A DNA stretch of 64,000 nucleotides, from the NCBI RefSeq assembly GCF_018350175.1, contig NC_058383.1:3348001-3412000 (forward strand), written 5' to 3'. The notes beneath the pieces were generated by a model that saw nothing but the letters and a program-made list of their open reading frames with translations, did no database searches and was not told the origin of the DNA. The DNA is from Felis catus. Taxonomy: Eukaryota. Of the stretch, positions 60,901 to 64,000 are shown piece after piece (within the stretch, counting starts at the first letter, position 1; each line of letters begins with the position of its first letter). The position numbers and the translations under genes are program-made.

Positions 60901-62174
60901 TTGTCTCATCGCGACCTTGTCATTATAATTGGGTCCCTGTTCCAGGACAGCTGGGAATGGTTCTCTCTCGGGGTGCCCTCTGCTGAAACCTGAGTCAGCC
61001 TGGCCAAAGTCCACATGGCTCGCTGGCCCGCTCAGTTCTGCAGGCAGAGACGTCCTACGGTCTTGGTGACCGCTTTTCCTAGGCGCTCGCCAGCTCGCAC
61101 GCTCTTCTGTAATTGCTGACTTAACTCACCGAGCTTCTGCTAATTATCTGTTGTACTTCCCCTCCGTCCTGATGCTGTATCCTCCTTCAGATCATCACGT
61201 GCCCATGCCCCAGAAGGCACTGGTTGATGCTCATTTCACAGTTCAGGGGCCCGACGTGCAGAGTAAGTCACTGGCTGGAAGTCACACGGCTAGCGGTGGC
61301 TGAGGGCGGGACTCCACCCAGGCTGTCTGCCTCCGGAGGCCCTGCTCTTAATGAGTATCAGGCATTTACAAAGAAGTCTCATGGGGCAGACGCTTCTCTC
61401 TCACACCTCGGTGGCGAATGACAGAGGTGAAGGCATTGGTGGCCTTGGGTTCTGGTCTGTGTAGAGATTAAAGGGAGCCGCTCCGTGAACCTGCCCGTAC
61501 TTGCGTTGGGCACCTCCCAAACCAGTCCATGGAGGGATGTCCCAGAAGGGGCATTTTAGTCCCAACTCCTGCGTTTCTAAATTTACACCCTTGGCGATGA
61601 TGGCCTCCATTTTGAGCACCATCTGAGGACGAGGTGCCCGATGCCCAGGCCCTGCTTCCCTTGCCGGAGGCTTCTCTGATGGCCGATGTGGTCTCTTCCT
61701 TCCCATCGGGGGTCAGGGTGCGAATGGGGACCTGTCTATACACCGCTGTCCGCTCAGAGAGGGGAGTCATTGGCATTATTTATTAAAAACACCTGAGAAG
61801 GTAAGGTTTTCCTCAGGGTGTTCTGGTCAGGCGACCTGTGAGAAGCGTGGGGCCGGACGATGGTCTGCGTGGAGAGAGTGAGACAGGAGCAGAGACCAGG
61901 CCCGGGCGTCCTTCGTGTCTGTGTCCTGGGTCCCTAACACTCGGTAGGCACTCAGCAGGTGAACTGACTCGGGTCTCTCCGGTAGCACCCCCTGTGGTGG
62001 ACTCAGGTTACAGTCCTAGACCCCCTCCTGGAAGTCAGGTGCTTGACCATCCTCGATTTACTAAAATAAGACACTGCCTCAAAATGCCCACACCAGCTGT
62101 TTTCTCATCAAACTGCGGGAGCTCTCGGCTCTGCCAGTCGGGCATCTTGCTCGAATCGGGCACGGGCTTCACAC

Positions 62175-62450
62175 GCAGTCATTCATTCCACCCATCTGTC
62201 CATTCACGCCACACGAGGTCCTTGTCGGGCACCTGCTTCACACGGAGCACTCTGCCGCGGGCCGGGATGCGGAGCCGAGGTGACCAGTCCCTGCTGGTTA
62301 ACGGCAGGGGGAAGGCCAGGCTCGTCACCGCGTCCTGCCCCATAACGAGCTCCCACCGAGGTACGCGCCGGTGCTGGGGGAGTGCGAGGTCAATCAGAGA
62401 GCCTCCAAAGGGGACAGGCCTCGACCCTTGGGCCGGGCCGAGGACAGGGG
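62175..62450 (-). mobile_element. GC-enriched L2 3' fragment
   Basis: gtcattcattcc...cattcac...gggcacctgct...gcactctgc...gggatgc...gtccctgc follows the reverse L2 3' end pattern. Confidence 0.45.
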
Positions 62451-63484
62451 CAGCATCAGCCCCAAAGCGTGAGGCTCAAGGCACGTTCAGAGGCAGCCAG
62501 CTTCCGCAGGGACTACGACAGAGGGGTTGGGCCGGAAGGTCGCCGGGTCGTGCGAGAGCGTCTGCTGGGGGGGAAACTCTTCCTCGGTCTTCATGTCCCA
62601 GCTCAAATATGGCTTTCCTCTAAACCTCTCCTTGACCCACGACCCCGTCGTGCCCAGACCGAAAGTCCCCACACCACTCCATGTATTCCCCTTGACTATT
62701 TAGTCCCACATGTAATAGCTGCTGGTCTGCAGGTGTGCCTTCTGCCAAGACTGAACCCCTTAAGGGCGGACTGGGCCCAATACTCCTTGTACCCGTAATG
62801 GCCAACAGAGAGCCTGGCTCAGACGGGATGACTCTGTGGGCGTCCAGTCCCTTCACGTCACTGCAGAGGGTCCTAAGAACATCACTAGTCCCTCATTAGC
62901 CTCTGACTCTCCTGCCTGGACCTTTCTGGAGCTGGCTGAGACTCCCATCTGGTTTTCTTCCAGAGCATGTGATATAGAAGAATCTAGAGTATTCTACACT
63001 ATTATTATTTTTGCCCCAAGCATTATTATCATTACACGAAAAATCTAGAGCGGATTAGGTGGTCCGTCTCTGGGCCGATCCTGATTTCTACTGCACGGGA
63101 TACGAGTGCGGGCTATGTGGAAGCTGTCCACCCTGTTGTCTGCCTTCCAGCCACGGCCAGTAGGAAGACCAGCACTGTCCCCTGGGCCAAGGATCTGGTT
63201 TGGATTTTTATTAGGAAGCGGTGTCCTTAAGAAACAGCCGAACAGGCTAGCTAATTATGGTCAGAAAGAACAGCTTAGCAGCAATACGGTAAAATGGAAA
63301 TTATATTTGGCCTACACCCCACGCTGTGCAAGTGGGCGATTCTAAATGACTCCATCCAGCAGTCCATCCATCCGGCTACTTGGGACACCGTCTGCAGCCA
63401 GCTTCCCCTGGCAGGCTGATTGGGACGCTGTTCTCCTGGAAACCCGGCCTCCTGCAGGGGCCAGACTGGCCTGGTTAGTGGAGG

Positions 63485-63485
<1 letters not shown>

Positions 63486-63540
<55 letters not shown>
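63486..63540 (+). repeat. Poly-G homopolymer (55 nt)
   Basis: Read directly. Confidence 0.9.
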
Positions 63541-63543
<3 letters not shown>

Positions 63544-64000
63544 GCCCCTTGCAGCACCTGCTCTCACCACATGCCAGCCGTTTCGAGAGGTCTCTCCAGA
63601 GCTTCTATGGAACTCTGGAGCTTAAGCTGAGCCTTTGTCTGTGCATTTGCCTGGAGGTGAAACCCCGTACAGAGATCGTGTTGGGCCCTCACGGGCGTCC
63701 TGTGGATCGCCTCGCTCTGCAGAGTTTGATACGTCTCCTTGCCGAGCCGGGGCTCTAGGAGGGCAGCAGTGTCCCAAGACCCAGTTCGAGGTACATGACT
63801 GGGGGGGGGGGTGCTGAGAACACATAGGGTCTAGTGGGAGACAAGGGAGCCTGGGGGGCCTGCGTGACGAGGGCACAGGGATTCTTGCGGCTTGATAGCA
63901 CGGACCCCGTAAACCGGTGGAGAATTGCGGGGAACAGCGAGAGCGCTTGGCCCAGTCTCTTAAGTGCTCGTTGAATTGGATCAAGAGTAATCTTTCTTTG

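Larger units (their letters stand above)
1..64000 (+). other. SDK1: Internal portion of SDK1 gene body (intron 5 to intron 14 by recalled human numbering); start and stop codons lie outside the window
   Basis: Nine phase-compatible exons at 26924-59593 translate to sidekick-type Ig3-Ig6 plus the start of FN3-1; no upstream or downstream SDK1 exon was recognised in the window. Confidence 0.93.

Noticed and set aside
61838..62623. Longest ORF in the window (261 aa)
   Set aside because: GTG start, crosses a GC-shifted L2 fragment, has low-information composition and no FN3 pattern, so it is not the next SDK1 exon.
63342..63758. Poly-Gly and poly-Pro ORFs
   Set aside because: Translations of the G55 homopolymer.

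Overview
Mammalian genomic DNA from a felid (several young cat-family Can-SINEs); the species cannot be fixed from the sequence. The whole 64 kb lies inside one large + strand gene, SDK1 (sidekick cell adhesion molecule 1). Nine internal coding exons (112, 191, 84, 195, 117, 168, 103, 177 and 137 nt; 1284 nt in total) have canonical AG/GT ends and splice into one open frame encoding Ig domains 3-6 and the start of the first FN3 domain. They correspond to human exons ~6-14 (numbering from memory). The rest is intron with ordinary repeats: nine Can-SINEs, L1, L2, MIR, MER5A/MER58A, MLT1, MER21-type and carnivore-type LTRs, and simple repeats. Almost all ORFs in the track are chance or repeat-derived. 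I found no prokaryotic-type system, RNA gene or CRISPR array, and I cannot support a claim of a wholly new system. Best leads: (1) an ATG-initiated hydrophobic leader in frame with exon 7 but broken by two stops, possibly the decayed N-terminus of a short SDK1 isoform; (2) a sense solo LTR with promoter motifs and a donor identical to the exon 6 donor; (3) inverted SINE pairs bracketing frame-symmetric exons (circRNA or editing candidates); (4) homeodomain/bHLH motif clusters; (5) CpG gain inside old repeats. Repeat family names come from recalled consensus sequences, not a database search.
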